NCBI RefSeq assembly: GCF_018977255.1
Contig: NW_024704742.1
Location: 115,198,001 to 115,262,000 of the forward strand
Direction: 5' to 3'
Source: Callorhinchus milii
Lineage: Eukaryota
DNA length: 64,000 nucleotides
Shown here: piece after piece, positions 1 to 14,500 of the stretch
How the letters are laid out: each line of letters starts with the position of its first letter
How positions within the stretch are numbered: position 1 is the stretch's first letter
Translations under genes and position numbers: made by a program
Notes under the pieces: model-generated
What the model was told of the DNA's origin: nothing
The model's input: the letters and a program-made list of their open reading frames with translations, nothing else
Databases searched by the model: none

Positions 1-181
1 AGTACGTATATGGTAATTTACCTGTTTAAACAGCTCAGTGCTTTAGTTCTTTAAAACAACAGCTGCAGACTTTAGTTGATTAGCAAAGCTTTTAAAATAC
101 ATTGAATTTTTTTATCTTCTCACTGCTTTTTGCTATGAGTTTGTCGCTTGGGCTCATAGGGATAAAGCCTCCTCTGGCATG

Positions 182-468
182 TAATAATAATAATAATCCT
201 TGCATTTGATATAACACTTTTCACATCTTCTCGACGTCTCAAAGCGCTTCATAGAATATGCTGTAAAGTGAATTGACTGTATATTTGTGGGCGAAACGCG
301 GCAGCCAAATTGCGCACAGCAGTGTCCCAAATTTATTTTTTTTCTTGAGGAATTATTATCAGACATGTGGAGTAAGGAAACTTGCCCAAGGTTTCGCCCT
401 GCCTGGAATTGAACACAGGTGTCTAGCTTGCAAGGCGAGTACTCTAACCACTGAGCTATAGGACTCCA
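182..468 (-). mobile_element. tRNA-derived Deu-domain SINE, short subtype, near full length
   Basis: Reverse complement of the tRNA head (ggagtcctatagctcagtggttagag), Deu-like core and (ATT)n L2-type tail. Confidence 0.88.
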
Positions 469-1459
469 CGTATTGGTGCTTAGTGATCGACCCTCAGTAA
501 TGAGTTACTGTTTCTCAAACAGTTAAAAAAGTAAAAACGTTAGTTCTCCTAGAATTATCCTTTCTTATATCCAAGTTACATTAATGCTGCCAGTGATTTG
601 AAAGCTGAAGAATGACCAGTTCAGTGAGATTCGGAAGGATTACTGTTTGGATGTGTAAAATAGCAAGAGTTAGTAATTTCAAAAAAGGAGTGCAAAAAAT
701 TAGCACACAAAACCTTCCACTTGTCTAAGGATGTGTTGCAAGAGTTATAAGTCCCCTGCATGTGAGCTTGTGCAGGGTTTATTGATATTCTATTTTTAGG
801 ATTTTTATTTTTATGCAACATCTCTCTCTCTCTGATCTCCACCCAGGAAGTGTGTGCCCAAATGTGAAATTAGGTGTTGGGAGTATGCTGAAGTGACATA
901 GATTATTCCGTGCTATTGAGTAATACTGCACTCAATTCTTAACAATTAATGGTGCCTTAGAATTGCAATGAAGTTCCCTTCCTCTCCATCTCTATAAAAT
1001 TTGCTTGTACCCGAGATTCGAAAAATTATGGCAATGTATATTTTTGAATTGATGAGGGCAGGTTTATTTTGTTTCACTCTTTCTATTCCCCTCAGCAGCG
1101 GCCATGGCAGATGTTGATGGCAGGAATGCTGTGTATGGTTGATGTGTGATGCTGTTCACACCAACAAGCAACATTCAGACGGAATCGAAGTTACCAGAAT
1201 TTAACCTGCAGTTGATTACCGGGGAATAAATAGGTTAATCTCAGAATATTTTTATGAATGTATTTATAAGTGTTTTATAGTAACTTGTTTTTTACTCTGA
1301 AGAATACAAATATATCTGACGTGGTGAAGGACATTATTTGCATTGGGGTGCTTCTCTTATAATTAAAAATGATAATTACTAAAACTTTGGTTTCTATGAT
1401 GCATATAGTGTGTATAAAATAAAGATGATCCTTGCTTTTGATATAACGCCTTTCACGTG

Positions 1460-1843
1460 TGGAGTCCTGGTAGCTCAGTAGTTAGAGCACTCACCTCGCA
1501 AACGAATCAAAAAGGATCTGGGTTCGATTCCCAGGCAGTGCAAAACATTGGGCAAGGTTCCTTACTCCACACGCCTCTGTTCACTTAGCAGTAAGTAGGA
1601 ACCTGGTTGTTAGTCGATTGGTGTGTTGCTTTTCTGGGAGTAATAGTCCCTTCAAAAATAAATAATGTTTTGGTCACTTATTCCACAACTGTTTGTGGGA
1701 CACTGCTGTGCGCAATTGGATGTTGCATTTCGCCCACAAAATATACAGTCGATTGACTTTACAGTATATACTGTGAAATGCTTTGAGATGTCTTGAAGAC
1801 GTGATAAGGCGCTATATCAAATGCAAGAAGTATTATTATTATT
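1460..1843 (+). mobile_element. tRNA-derived SINE, long subtype, nested in an older minus-strand SINE tail
   Basis: A box tagctcagtagt, B box ggttcgattcc, Deu core ctgtttgtgggacactgctgtgcgcaattgg, ATT tail. Confidence 0.88.
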
Positions 1844-2271
1844 GAGAAGATGTCTCAAAGGGCTTCACAGGATTAATTGTAATATGCAGTAACTTGCATT
1901 TTATAATCAAATGTGGTAGCAATGTCCCATAGAAAGCCATAAAGTGAATGATCAATTCTATTTGGGGGATTTTTGCCCAGGACTCTAGGAGAAACTCCTT
2001 CGACTTTTTCGAGAAGCACCATGTGTCACCATGTAAAATTTGAATTGTTTCTTGCTTGATGTACGTATGCGGTTGACTGAGATAAATCTGAATGTGGGTA
2101 AAATTCTAATGTGGAAGAAACTAATGAATTGCTTTGAAATTCAAAAATGGTTTACATTTAAAATTTTAAGATTCAGAAGTGGCAGATTGTACTCCAAAGT
2201 TTATTCGCTTAAAAGCTTTATTGCTGTGAGATCCTGCAATCCCTGATGTGTTGACGTTATATTCTTACAGA

Positions 2272-2546
2272 ATGTTTCGCCGCTCAAGACTCAGTGTACG
2301 GCCCAATGTGAAACCTGGTGGAAGAGGTTTGGCAGGTTCTTCACAGGCACCCAAACAGGATGACAAACCTCCTGCCTCAGATCAGCAAGCAAGCCCAGAG
2401 GAAAAGGCAACCAATGAAAAAGATGTTTCTGAGAACTCGGGCACGGTGCCAGTTCCATCACCTCCATCACCACCACCTAATTCAAGCGCAGAACAGGACC
2501 AGAGAGATGGCCCAGATGAACAGCAGGAGAATGTGCCACTCAACAA
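2272..2546 (+). CDS. BDP1: BDP1 coding exon 1 (ATG 2272; acceptor AG at 2269-2270)
   Basis: cttacag|a[22 protein letters not shown]; donor aa|gttagt; phase 2. Confidence 0.9.
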
Positions 2547-5500
2547 GTTAGTATTGAATGTAAATACAACAGAATTCTTAGTAATCGCACTCATCCAAAG
2601 TGAGCATCATTTTAAGTGGGTACTGGGCACAATTTTTGCCATGACCGTTGTAATTAACAACTCAGTACTGCAGAAACGTGTTAGGACTGTTTAGAGGTGT
2701 TTAAGATGGTGAAAGTGGATGTCAATAGTCTGTTTCCATTTGCTGGTTAGTCCAAAAGTAGAGGGCATAAATATAAGATGGCTAGTGGTAGTTTTAACAG
2801 GGCATTTAGGAGGAACTTTTAAGAGGGTGATGAAAGTGTGGAACTCACTGTCAGAAGCAAATAACGTCAATGTATTTAGGCGGAAACTTGATGTGCACTT
2901 GTGGGAGAAGGGAATAAAATGTAAAGGAGAGGGGCTTGTGTGGAGCATAAATGCTGGTGTGCACTAGGATCGGCTGACTGGCGTCTTTAAATGCCTCTAT
3001 ATAAGTCATGATAGCTTCCTGCATTATTCAGTTATGTTTTGATAATATTGGTGTCAAATCACATGATTTGATCTTGAGCCCATTAGCTGTTTCTGTCTAG
3101 CATTAGCATTGGAAGATAATCAAAGAAAACAAGAAAAATAACACATGGTCCGTGATGTCCTCTCAACTCTTAGAAACGTTTCTGCCTTAATAATATTCTG
3201 CTGTGCATGTGTTATTCTTTCGATGCAATTTTGGCTTCTGTCTTGATCCCTTGAATTGGACCTTGTTCTTATTACTGGTATTGCTATGCTAAGTGAAACC
3301 TGTTTCAATTGTATTGCCACCCCCACCTCCTGCATTTTTCCAGCATATTTGATGTCTTCCATTTGAAGTCTTCTTAAAGATTTGTTTCCTTGTTTGTCAG
3401 GAAAGAGAAAAATGATAAGAATACCGAGTCGAGTGCTGGCATCAAATCATCTGCAGTGCCTTTGCAACGAAGAAAGCGGATTGCTACCATGCCAAATTTG
3501 GCAAAACAGAGATCTGCAACTCCGTCAGCAAATCAGTCAACTACCGTGACCCCAAAGTCTCCGCCTCGGAAGCCAACTCCCCTGTCTTCTGTGAGCAACG
3601 CCGTGTCACTTCAGGAAACTCCACCTCTGTCGCAGACCACTACTCCTGAGAAACCACTTCCCAAATCACCAGAGAAACGAAGAGCCTCTTCAGGACAACA
3701 GACCAAATTGCCAGAAAAGAAAACTCCAATTCCTCAAGTGCCGCAGTTCTCTCCAGTTAAAAAAAGTTCCAACAAAGATTCAACCTCAGCAGCTAATTCT
3801 CCTCGAGCTGATTCTGTCCGGAAGGCATTGGCATCACCGCTTAAGGAGAGGGTTACACCATCTCCTGGTGCCTCATCTACATCTCCCAAAGGTCCAAAAC
3901 TTCCATCGGAAGTTGAACGACTGAGAAAAGCTCGGAAACTGCGGGAAATGCTGAAAGAGGAGTTGAGGAAAGAGAAGGTAAACTGCAGTAAATGTAAAAA
4001 AAGGTTGCTTTTTAAAGGGAATAAATACTTTCAACGGATAACCTATTGCCATGTCACCCTTAACTAATTTGAAAGCAACCTAAATGTTTATTGTTCCTTA
4101 CATGTTGAAATATCTCAAAATGCTTTACCAATAATCACAGTGTAGTGTAGCTTCTGTTTTGTTTAGCAACCATTCGCAACAGCCAAATCCCACAAATAGC
4201 CAGGAGGTGAATGACCAATTGATCTAATGATTGTTGGCCAGTAAATGCCCTTCTCTTTTAAAGTTTCATGAGATCTGTAAGGAGGCAGAGGGGACTTTGG
4301 ATTAACATCTCATCTGAAAGACAACATCTCATCTGAAAGACGTCACCTCTGACAATCCTCTTTAATGTCAGCCTAAATGGTTGATCTCAAGTCCTGACAT
4401 GAAAATTGAATTGACAATCTTTTGATCCAGAGATGAGAGTGCTAATAATTGAACCAAACTGACACATTAGATGGACATGTGACACATCACTAATAATTCT
4501 TAGATTTGATAATTTATCTGCTGATCAATTGTGAATGGTGAGGCAGGTCTTGTAGTTTTAAGTTTCTGATTCACAATACAAGTATAGCGCCTTTCACGTC
4601 GGGAGGACTTGCCAAGGCGCTGGACAGTCAGGGACTTGGACCCGAACTGGGATTGGGGAGGGGGAGGGTAGGAGAGTGGCCGAAGACGCGCCTTGAATGA
4701 GGTAAGGGAGGAAGCGAGGCGAAGGGATGGAGGTTCCAAAGGGTGGGGGCAGAAACAGCAACAACAAAATTACATTTATGGAGCGCCTTTCACGTTGGGA
4801 GGCATCACAAGGCGCTGGACAGTCAGGGGTCAGGACACGAGCATGGGGGAGGGGTGTGGTAGGGGTGAGGGAAGGCAGAGAGGTGGGAGGGTTACCCAAG
4901 GCATAATCGAAGAGGAAGGTCTTGAGACCGGCCTTGAAGGAGGCAAGGGAGGAAGTGAGGTGAAGTTCCAGAGTGTGGGGGCAGAGAGGCTGAAAGTTCG
5001 ACCACCGATGGTCGGGCGGGAGACATGGAGCAGACCGGAGCCTGCTGAAGGCGAGCTGAAGCCCGCAGAAAGGCTGAAGGCCCGACCACCGATGGTGGGT
5101 TGGGTGGGGGACCTGGACCAGGCCACAGCCTACTGAGTAGATGGAGTGGACCAATTGATATTGGGTCAGCAGGTCGCAAAGATAGGAAGGAGCAAACCCG
5201 TGGAGAGCCTTGAAGGCAAGGATGAACATTTTGAACTCTATCGTCTGGGAGTCAGCCAAGGTGGCACAGTACAGTCAAGGTGGGGCAATACATGCAGATG
5301 GAATGTTAAACAAGGACATCAGTTTGTCATTTCTAACTATTGTCTGGTCTTATTTTTTGGAGGGTCTATTGCAGAAATCTAATCGGGAGAAGATTTTACT
5401 TTGGGAAAGTGGCACTCCACCAGAACGCACTAAAATGACGATGAGAGACTTCATATACTACCTCCCTGAAACAAATCCAATGCAGTAAGTGCTCTGTGCT

Positions 5501-8500
5501 TACATTGTAGAGTTTTGAATAGAATACATTTTAGAACCATTTGATTGCTTATTAAGATGCACTGTTTACTGCAACTCCTAACAGGTCTTCGTTGGAAGAA
5601 GAAAGAAGACAATCGGAGAAGGTACCTGCACCAGTGCCTGTGTCAGTGCTGGCCCCAGTTTTAACTAAGGAGTGAGTATATCTTATTCTGTTTACCAAAA
5701 GGAAGCCTTTTAAAAATAAATGGCACAAGAAGGATATTGTGCTGTGTGCCTATTTGTTTAATCTGCCTTATCAGTTTCTGTTATAATAATAATCATCCTT
5801 GCATTTGATAGAGCTCCTTAACACGTCTTTGAGATGTCTCAAAGAGCTTCACAGAATATATTGTAAAGTGTTTTTGACTATATTATGTGGGTGAAATGCG
5901 GCAGTCAATTGTGTACTGCAATGTCCCACAAACAGTTGTGGATTGAGTGAGTGACCAATTTCTTTTTGGAGGCATTTTTACCTCCGGAAATCTATCCTCC
6001 AATTGACTAACAACCGGGTTCCTACTTATTGCTAGGTAAACAGAGACGTGTGGAGTAAGGAAACTTGCCTGAGGTTTCGCTATGTCTTGCTTACCAACAC
6101 TTTGTGGAAAAATAATGAAATACTTCTTTTTGGGATACTTTGCTCATTTGACATTTTGGATGCCAGACAAAGTGAAACATACGTATAATAAATAAACCCT
6201 GCATTTGATATAGTGCCTTATCACGTTGTTGAGACATCTCAAAGCACATAACAACAATCACGATATTGACTGTATTTTGTACGTTAACATTTGGGAATTA
6301 TGAATGGTGGAAATAAAGAACAAATTCCTTCACCAGTACCACAGTTTTCAGGCCTTGCATTTAAAATTCTCAGCGACACAAGTCTGCAATTTTTTCCTTG
6401 TATGAGAGTATTTGTATTTGGAATTGTACGTTTGGGTTTCTAAGTGGTCTGATATTCACCATAAAATTGCATGTCTGCTGGGTCACCCTCGTAAGGATCT
6501 CAGTCTTCATTGACTGAAGTCGCTATTTTATAACTGCTGGTATATGCAACAAGAACATGTATTTCAGTTATACGTCAAAGGAAGTTAACTTCCTGTTTAT
6601 GGATTATAGACCAGAACTGGAAAATACTAACGCCTCAGGTGATGATGAGGATGACGAGGGTGATGATTCAATCTTGGGTCCACGAGTTAAGGTAGCAGAA
6701 GATGGGACTATTATCATTGATGAAGAAAGGTAAGCCTAAAAATATTAACATTTCAGACTGAAATGCTGGAGCAGTCTTTATCCTAATGAGCCAGCTGGAT
6801 TGTGAATTTTGATGAGCTGAGATCTTGAATTATAATAATAAATGATAATCCTTGCACTTCAGGAGGATGGCTCAAAGTGCTTCACTGGAGTGACCGGATA
6901 TTTGTAGGCAATTGAGTATCACTGCATTTACTGTATTATTATGAAAACTAAAAACTGATCAGTTTGCAGTATTCTTCCTGTAGGTGTATATTAAATGCTA
7001 GGAACTGCTTTTTAATTTCTGAATTTATTTCATAATTGATGAGAAACATTGTAGTCTTGAATTGACCCAAATACACAGTGATTGTTGGCCTCTGGTTTTA
7101 ATTTAAAATGGCAGTTTTCAAACTGCCTTTATTATTGCTACTCCTTGCCAGTCATTGAACTCGGATAGGTCTCACATTTTTTTGTTAAATTATTTGTGTA
7201 GTGCTGTTAAGTGAACACTTTTGATCATTGAAAGCATTGAACACTCACAGGTCCATTATAGCATAGTTAATTGAGGGGAAAGTTCCCTCGATGTCTCCTA
7301 TCTTGGTGCCATCATTTTAAGCTTAAGCTTTATTGCAGAAGTGTGCCATTTTCTCTTCTCCACTAGATGTTATATGACGTTTTAAGTGGGTTTTTCAGGA
7401 CAAGCAGTTTTTTATAGGAACTGGATTGAGTTTGCCCAAAATTATTTTGAGTGGAGCATTATGCCAGTTAAACATTTACTTTTAGAAGGTAAAATTGTAC
7501 TTTGCTGAATTGTGCAAGTGTGGTCTGATTGAGCGAAATGATCATTCCTGAAATCTTAATTTATTTATTTTTCTAAATCATAAACAGTTTAACTGTTGAA
7601 GTTTTGAGGATGAAGGGACCTAATATCGCTGAAAACAATGATCCCATCTTTGAGCGTGGCTCACAAACAACCTATTCCAGCTTTAGGAGAAACACTCACA
7701 CAAAACCGTGGTCCAATAAAGGCAAGTTTTAAAGCTCACGCGAACATTGTATTTAATAATAGTAATAATAATAATCCTTGTATTCATATAGTGCTTCATC
7801 ACGTCGTTGAGACATCTCAAAGCGCTTCACAGAATATACTGTAAATTATAGACTGTACATTTTGTGGGCAAAACGCTATAACAGTCGACTCAATATTATA
7901 AAACTAATGCACAGAAGTTAAGTCTCTACTGGTGCCTTTTCAGATAGAGACTACAAAAAATCACATTGGGACTTAATTTGCAATATTTCTCAATAGGATT
8001 TCTTAATAAGCTACTTGTGCAGATACTTGGATCTCTTCTGTTCTGCATTACAATATTTGTTTGGTAAACTGAACGTCTTAGCAATTCTCAACTAAACTGT
8101 GCGTTGACTGATTATATAATCATTTCTTTGGAATATAAAATCTAATAGGAATATTTTAACCTGTTCTTGAAAAGGTACCAGCAACTGTTCTAATCATCAC
8201 TTTTGCTTCATATCGCACAGTCAACATGTTTGAGGACAATGACATATTGACATGTTAACCTTTTGTCTTTTAGTGTATCGGTCCCATTAGTAATTCCGAG
8301 TATTTATTCTTTCTGCAGAAACGGACATGTTCTTTTTAGCGATCAGTATGGTAGGCACCGATTTCTCTATGATTGGTCAGCTGTTTCCCAACAGGTCAAG
8401 AGTGGAGATAAAGGTAACCCCCCCCCCCGCGTTCACTTTAATAGGGCTAAATGCTACATGATGGATATATTTTCAAACTGTTAAAGCTACAAAGTCATAG

Positions 8501-11500
8501 CATAACAATACCAAGTATTTAAGTAGAATCATAAAATATTACAGCACAGAGGGAGGCCATTTGGCCAATCATGGCTGTTATGGCTCTTTGGAGAAGCTAC
8601 CCAATCAGTCCCACTCCCTCGCTCTTTCCCCATAACCTTCAGATTTTTCCTTTACAAGTACTTATCTAATTCCCTTTTGAAAGTTGTTATTGAATCTGTT
8701 TTCAACAAACTTTCAGGCAGTGCATTCCAGACTGTAACAACTCTGGGAAAAAGAAAATGTCTCCTCACCTCCCCTCTGGTTCTTTTGACCATTATCTTGA
8801 ATCTGTGTCCCCTGGTTACTGACTCACCTGCCAGTGGAAACAGTTACTCCCTTTCTACACTATCAAAAACCCTCATAATTATGAACACTTTTATTAAATC
8901 TCTCCTTAACCTTTTCTGCTCAAAGGAGAACAATCTCAGCTTCTCTCGTCTCTCCACATACCTAAAGTCCCTCATTCTTGGTACCATTCTGGTAAATCTC
9001 CTCTGCACCCTCTCCAAAGCCTCGATATCCTTCCTATAGCGTGGTGGCCAGAATTGGACACAATACAACCAGCGATTTGTAACATAACTTCTTAGGCCTC
9101 TATTTATAAAGTCAAGGATCTTGTATGCGTTTTTAACAGCCCTATCAACCTGTCCTGCCACCTTCAGGTGTATGTGAACCCCCAGCTCTCTGCTCCTGAG
9201 CCCCCTTTAAAACTGTAGATTTTTTTTCAAATATGAAACCAATTAAATGTCATTACAAGATAAGATTTGCACAAGGTAAAAGATGATCAGCACTTGTTTT
9301 TCTTTTTACCAAAGAGCCACAGGAATATATGTCACAGAAGGAGGCCATATGATCAACGTATTGGTACAACAATCAGTACAAATTTACCTTCATTTAGCAC
9401 TTTTCATGGTAAAGTATAGACTTTACCAAGTCAGCATAAGTTAAATTTACAGTTTAACAATGCAGCCAAAAGAATTTTGGTTCTGCTGATACTTTCTGCA
9501 TTGAAAAGTTGGTTGATGGAAATCTATCACACTCACAGAGAAATGTGCACTTTTGGTAGTAAGGTTTTAGTAAAGGGTTTTGGTGACTTGAGTGAAATTT
9601 CAAAACTGTGAAAATGCCATCTGTGGGAAAACACCTGACGTCTCTCTGCCCCCCCCTTACCCACTTCAAGTTTGCTTTGTATTTGAAGAGTGTTCTGAGC
9701 TGTATGACACTAAAATCACCACATTACAGAATTGGTTTGGATGAAGAAGGCCCTTTGGCTCAACCATCTTCCCATCACTGAGGGCTTGAAGAACTGGTGT
9801 TGGCTGGTTTGTCCCTGGTGGTGGTGGTGATAGTGGAAGCGATTTCAGGACGTTGATGAAGAGGAGACAAAGCATCTTGACTTAGATGCATTTTTTTCTC
9901 TCCTAAACTGATTAGTTACTAATAAGTTTTGTGACAATATGATGTATTGATAGTTTTATTTTAAAACCCCTGTATAACAAGGCTTGCTGGTTTCTGATTT
10001 TAATTGGTATAAATTGGTACTCATTCCAATTTTTTCCAAATGCCGGAAAAAATTCTCATTGTTAACCATGTGTTTTTAAAAACAATTTTTATTATTTTGA
10101 ACATCAAGAACAACATTAAGAAAAAAGGCCTTCCAGACCATAAGATTGCCTTGGGTATCATTTCCTGTGACCTGTGCATGCGCATTACAGAGGAAGTGAC
10201 TTTAGTGGCATTGTCTGCACATTTACCTAAGTGCAAAATATTTTTTCATTGACAATTTTCTCTTCTGCAGAACAAATTCAAACGTGAAGAAAAGCTAAAT
10301 TCATGGAGGATAGATAAAGCATTCAGTGAGTATCCAGGAGTATACTGCTTAGATGGGAATAGTACATTCTCTAATTTCTGTACTGACTTAAACAGTGTTT
10401 TTATTTGCAAATGGCAGAATGTACCAACAAAGACTGTCTAGCCAGGAATAGTACATGATAGCTGCGGAAATTTTGTTTCTCTTTTTAAAGCAGAAGTGTG
10501 TCGCAATTGAAATCTACATGTATTTTTTTGCTGATTTTCAGTGAGAAAGCGCTTAACCAAAACAACGGAAACTGATGTGTGTTTACTACTGTTTCTCTTT
10601 TAGTGGCCTCCCTCCCTCCCTCCCTCCCTCCCTCCCTCCCTCACTCACTGTCTGCCCTTTGTCATGCAGAGGAGACCAAACCTCTTGATTTGGAATTCTT
10701 TGGAGAGCTGCTAACAAAGGTTCTGGAGGCAGAGACGAAGAGGAAGAGAGAAAGGAATGGGAAAAACAAACACCAAGCCCCAAGAAAATCAAGTGTCAAA
10801 CAAAAAAAGAAAGGTATGAACCAGAGGTGCAAGAAATCTCAAAGCTCTTTGCAGAACGAAGTGTAGTGAATGTGTATTTGTAGCCGAACACAACAGCCAA
10901 TTTGTGCTCAGCAATTCCCACAAATAGTCACAAAGTGAATGACCTATTTTATCTGGGTAATTATTGGCCAGGACACAGGGGTGAAATCCTTTTTCAAATA
11001 CAATTGATTACAATGCCTTGGGATCCTTGACATTCACTTGAATAGACAGACAGGACGTTAGTTTAACATCTAATGTGAACGATGGCTGCTCCACCAATGC
11101 AGCACTTCCGAGCACTGTATTGAAGTGTGAGCCTGCACGAGGAGCTAAAGGTCCTGATGTAGTGCTTGAACTTGCAACCTTCTGATTTGGAGGCGAGAGG
11201 GTACCAACTGAGCCACTTTATGTCAGTATAATTTGTTATGTCAAATCTAAGGATTCTACTTCTAATTCAATATTGGAAAGTCCCTATCCTAGAATGTATG
11301 AAGCCAGATTGACGGGGAAAGTTGCTGGGAAATGTCCCGCTTGCCAGTGTCACCGATGTACACGTTTTCTTAAAGCGAGGTGCTTATTTTTCACACTTTC
11401 TTTAATATGAATTTAGGTAAGAAACTGCCCCTTGGAGAAACTGAAAGTGACCCAGATGATCCTGACCCAGTTGAAGGTTCTTCCGATGAACTGGCTGAGA

Positions 11501-14500
11501 CTGACCCCAGCGCTGTGGAAGAAAGAACTGAGGCATCACACAGTGTGGAAGAGCAGGAAGAGATGCAGGAAAAAGAAACCGCATCAAAAGCTTCACTGAC
11601 CAAAGGCAAACGAAAAAGAAAGAAAAAGGATGTTGCAGAAATAACTGAGACAGAAAGTGCAGAAGGACCATCGCTAGAGGATACTGCTTTTCAGAAATCT
11701 AAACAGACAGGACGGCAGCAGAGCAAGAAAGGTAAGAAAATATTTAGTTCCACGCAGGACTTCATTTCACTTTTGGTGGAACTTCTGCTTTTCCCCCTTT
11801 ATCTGGATTTCCTAGATCACTGTAGGACTGTGGCCAGAATAGACTTGCTGAGACTTGTGGTGAATCCTTTTCTTGAATAAATTATCAAGCTGATTGCAAT
11901 GCCATTGTGTGTTAGTCTGGTTCACGGTAGCATGAGTCAGAAGGTTGTGGGTGCAAACTTCCTGCAGCTGAATGTGGACAAGACGGAAGCCATACTCTGG
12001 CTCCCTTCAAAGTTTTCACTCCTGTGGACCTGAACTCCTCAACTTTCCTGGGCTCTCCCTCAAACTCACTGAACCAGCGCGCAATCTAGGCATCCGGTTC
12101 AACCTGCAGCTGTCCTTCCTCCCCCACATCCGGTCCCTAACCAGGACCACCTTCTTCCGCCTCCGCCACATTGCCCGCCTTCAACTGTACCTTACCCCAA
12201 ATGCAGCCGAAACGCTCGTGCATGCGTTTGTCACTTCCCGCTTGGATTACTCAAACACACTCCTCCCCGGTCTGCCCAACTCCATTATTTGAAAGATCCA
12301 GCTCATTCAGAACTCTGCGGCCTGCATACTGACCCCGACCAAACTCTGTACCCACATCTCACCAGTTCTGGTCAGAACTGAACAGATCAATTTCAAGATC
12401 CTCACACTCGTATTCAAATTCCTTCACTCTCTGGCACCTCCCTACCTCTCAGACCTCCTCACTTCCCAATCCACCACCCGGCGCCTCTGCTCGACTGGCG
12501 CCGGCCTCCTGCTTGCCCCTCACAACCTCCGCTCCACCATCGGTGGTCACACAATCAGCCACTATGCCTCAAAACTCTGGAACACTCTCCCTCAGTCCCT
12601 CCATCTTGCCCCCCCTCTCCCCTTTTTCAAGTCCCACCTGAAAACCTTCTTGTGGAGTCCTGTAGCTCAGTGGTTGGAGCACTCGCTTTGCAAGCGAGAG
12701 ACCTGAGTTCAATTCCAGGCAGGGCGAAACCTTGGGCAAGTTTCCTTACTCCACACAGAGCCTAATAATAATCCCTCCAAAAACAATAATAAATTGGTCA
12801 TTTTCAATCTACGACCGTTTGTGGGACACTGCTGTGCGCAATTGGCTGCCGCGTTCGCCCACAAATATACAGTCAATTCACTTTACAGTATATCCTGTGA
12901 AGAGCTTTGAGACGTCTCGAAGACGTGATAAGGCGCTATATCAAATGCAACGATTATTATTATAGTACAATACAAAATTACATTTGTATAGTCTTTCACA
13001 TCGGGAGGATGTCCCAAGTTGCTGGACAGTCATGCTATTGAATTGGTCACTGTTAATGGTGCTAAAAAATCTAATATATCTTTGAACGTTTGCCATTGTT
13101 TGTGGGAGATTGCTGAGCGGAAATTGGCTGCCACGTTCACCCACAAAATGACACGTAAAAGCTTCAGCTTTGGTGTCCAATGAAGAATACAATCTATGTG
13201 CAGAAAGTTTGTAACAACTCTGAAAAACTGCTTCTTCAAACTTTTTAAGTTTCCTGAAACTGACAACTACCTGAAAGCTGATTTGACTGTAGCAACTGTG
13301 TTGTTTGTACCTCAAACTTTTGACAGGAGCATAGATTGCATGATAGATTTGTGATGTAATTGAAATTATATGCATTTGAGATTTGTTAAATATTTTGCAC
13401 AGGAATCCAAAATGCTTCCGATTTGTCGTCTGGTGAATCAAGTCTTGGTGGAAAAGTTGCCAAGGATGGTGATGACATGCATACAGTAGATGGTGAAATG
13501 TCATGTGATCCAGAGACAACTGAAAACAAGCAAACTTCCCCGACCAAGAGAAAGCAGAAATCCATTCCTGAAGATAAATCCGCAAGGTAATGTTGATTTA
13601 AAAAAATTCTCCTTTGAGTTTCTCCCCTCTTTCCTCAACAGCTGGAATACACTTGGAAGAAAAATGCAGAAAATCAAAATAAAAAAAAAATAAAGATATG
13701 AAAAGGAATGGTGTGTAAGCACTTATTTCCCGTACCATCAACCATGTTAAAATACAGTTGGTGGATTGAATTGCAATGACTTTCCATTTCCACTCAACCA
13801 CAGTGAAACGCACATCACATTAATTATATAAGTATAATCTCTTAGAACGTTACATGTGTTTTCAGCTAAATAACATGGGTGCACTGCAATGGTATCTTGA
13901 GATATAATGATTGCCTTGTGAAGAAATTGGATGTCACAGCTCTGACTAATGTGCAAATTCTACGCCCTCTTGTAATTGTCGAATGTTAAATTGACTAACT
14001 CAAAGTGGGTCCAGGTCCATTGCTCAATATCAGCATCAATTGTCATTCTAATCCAGTGTCTAGAATGTTGCCTTTTCTGGGAAATGGATCAAATTCATAA
14101 GGGGTTTTGTTCAGTGATTTGGGCTAAGTTGTGTTGGGACCGTAGATGTAGATTCTTTATCCTCTATATCTGAATAGAGAATACTGAATGCTGACAAGAT
14201 AAGTGCCAAAATGGAAATGTATTGCTCAGCATGACACTTTAATGAGGAGTGAACATAGAAATCACAAACTTGACCTTTTGCAGAAAATTTCCTGTGAATT
14301 TGAATTATTTATTTAAATTCCAATATTAATATTAAATATAACCAACTAGATCTTTTACACTGTACTTGTAATGCATAATGAACAAGAAAATGTTTGGTTT
14401 CTGTAAAGTTTTTGAACATCTTAGAAACCACTCCTAATATGTAACCATTTGTTTCAGTGATCATGAAAGTGTAACATCCTCAGAATCATCATCAGCAATT

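Noticed and set aside
12941..13585. 214-aa antisense ORF
   Set aside because: It spans SINE/L2 debris and the antisense of BDP1 exon 11 with no recognisable protein features; likely chance
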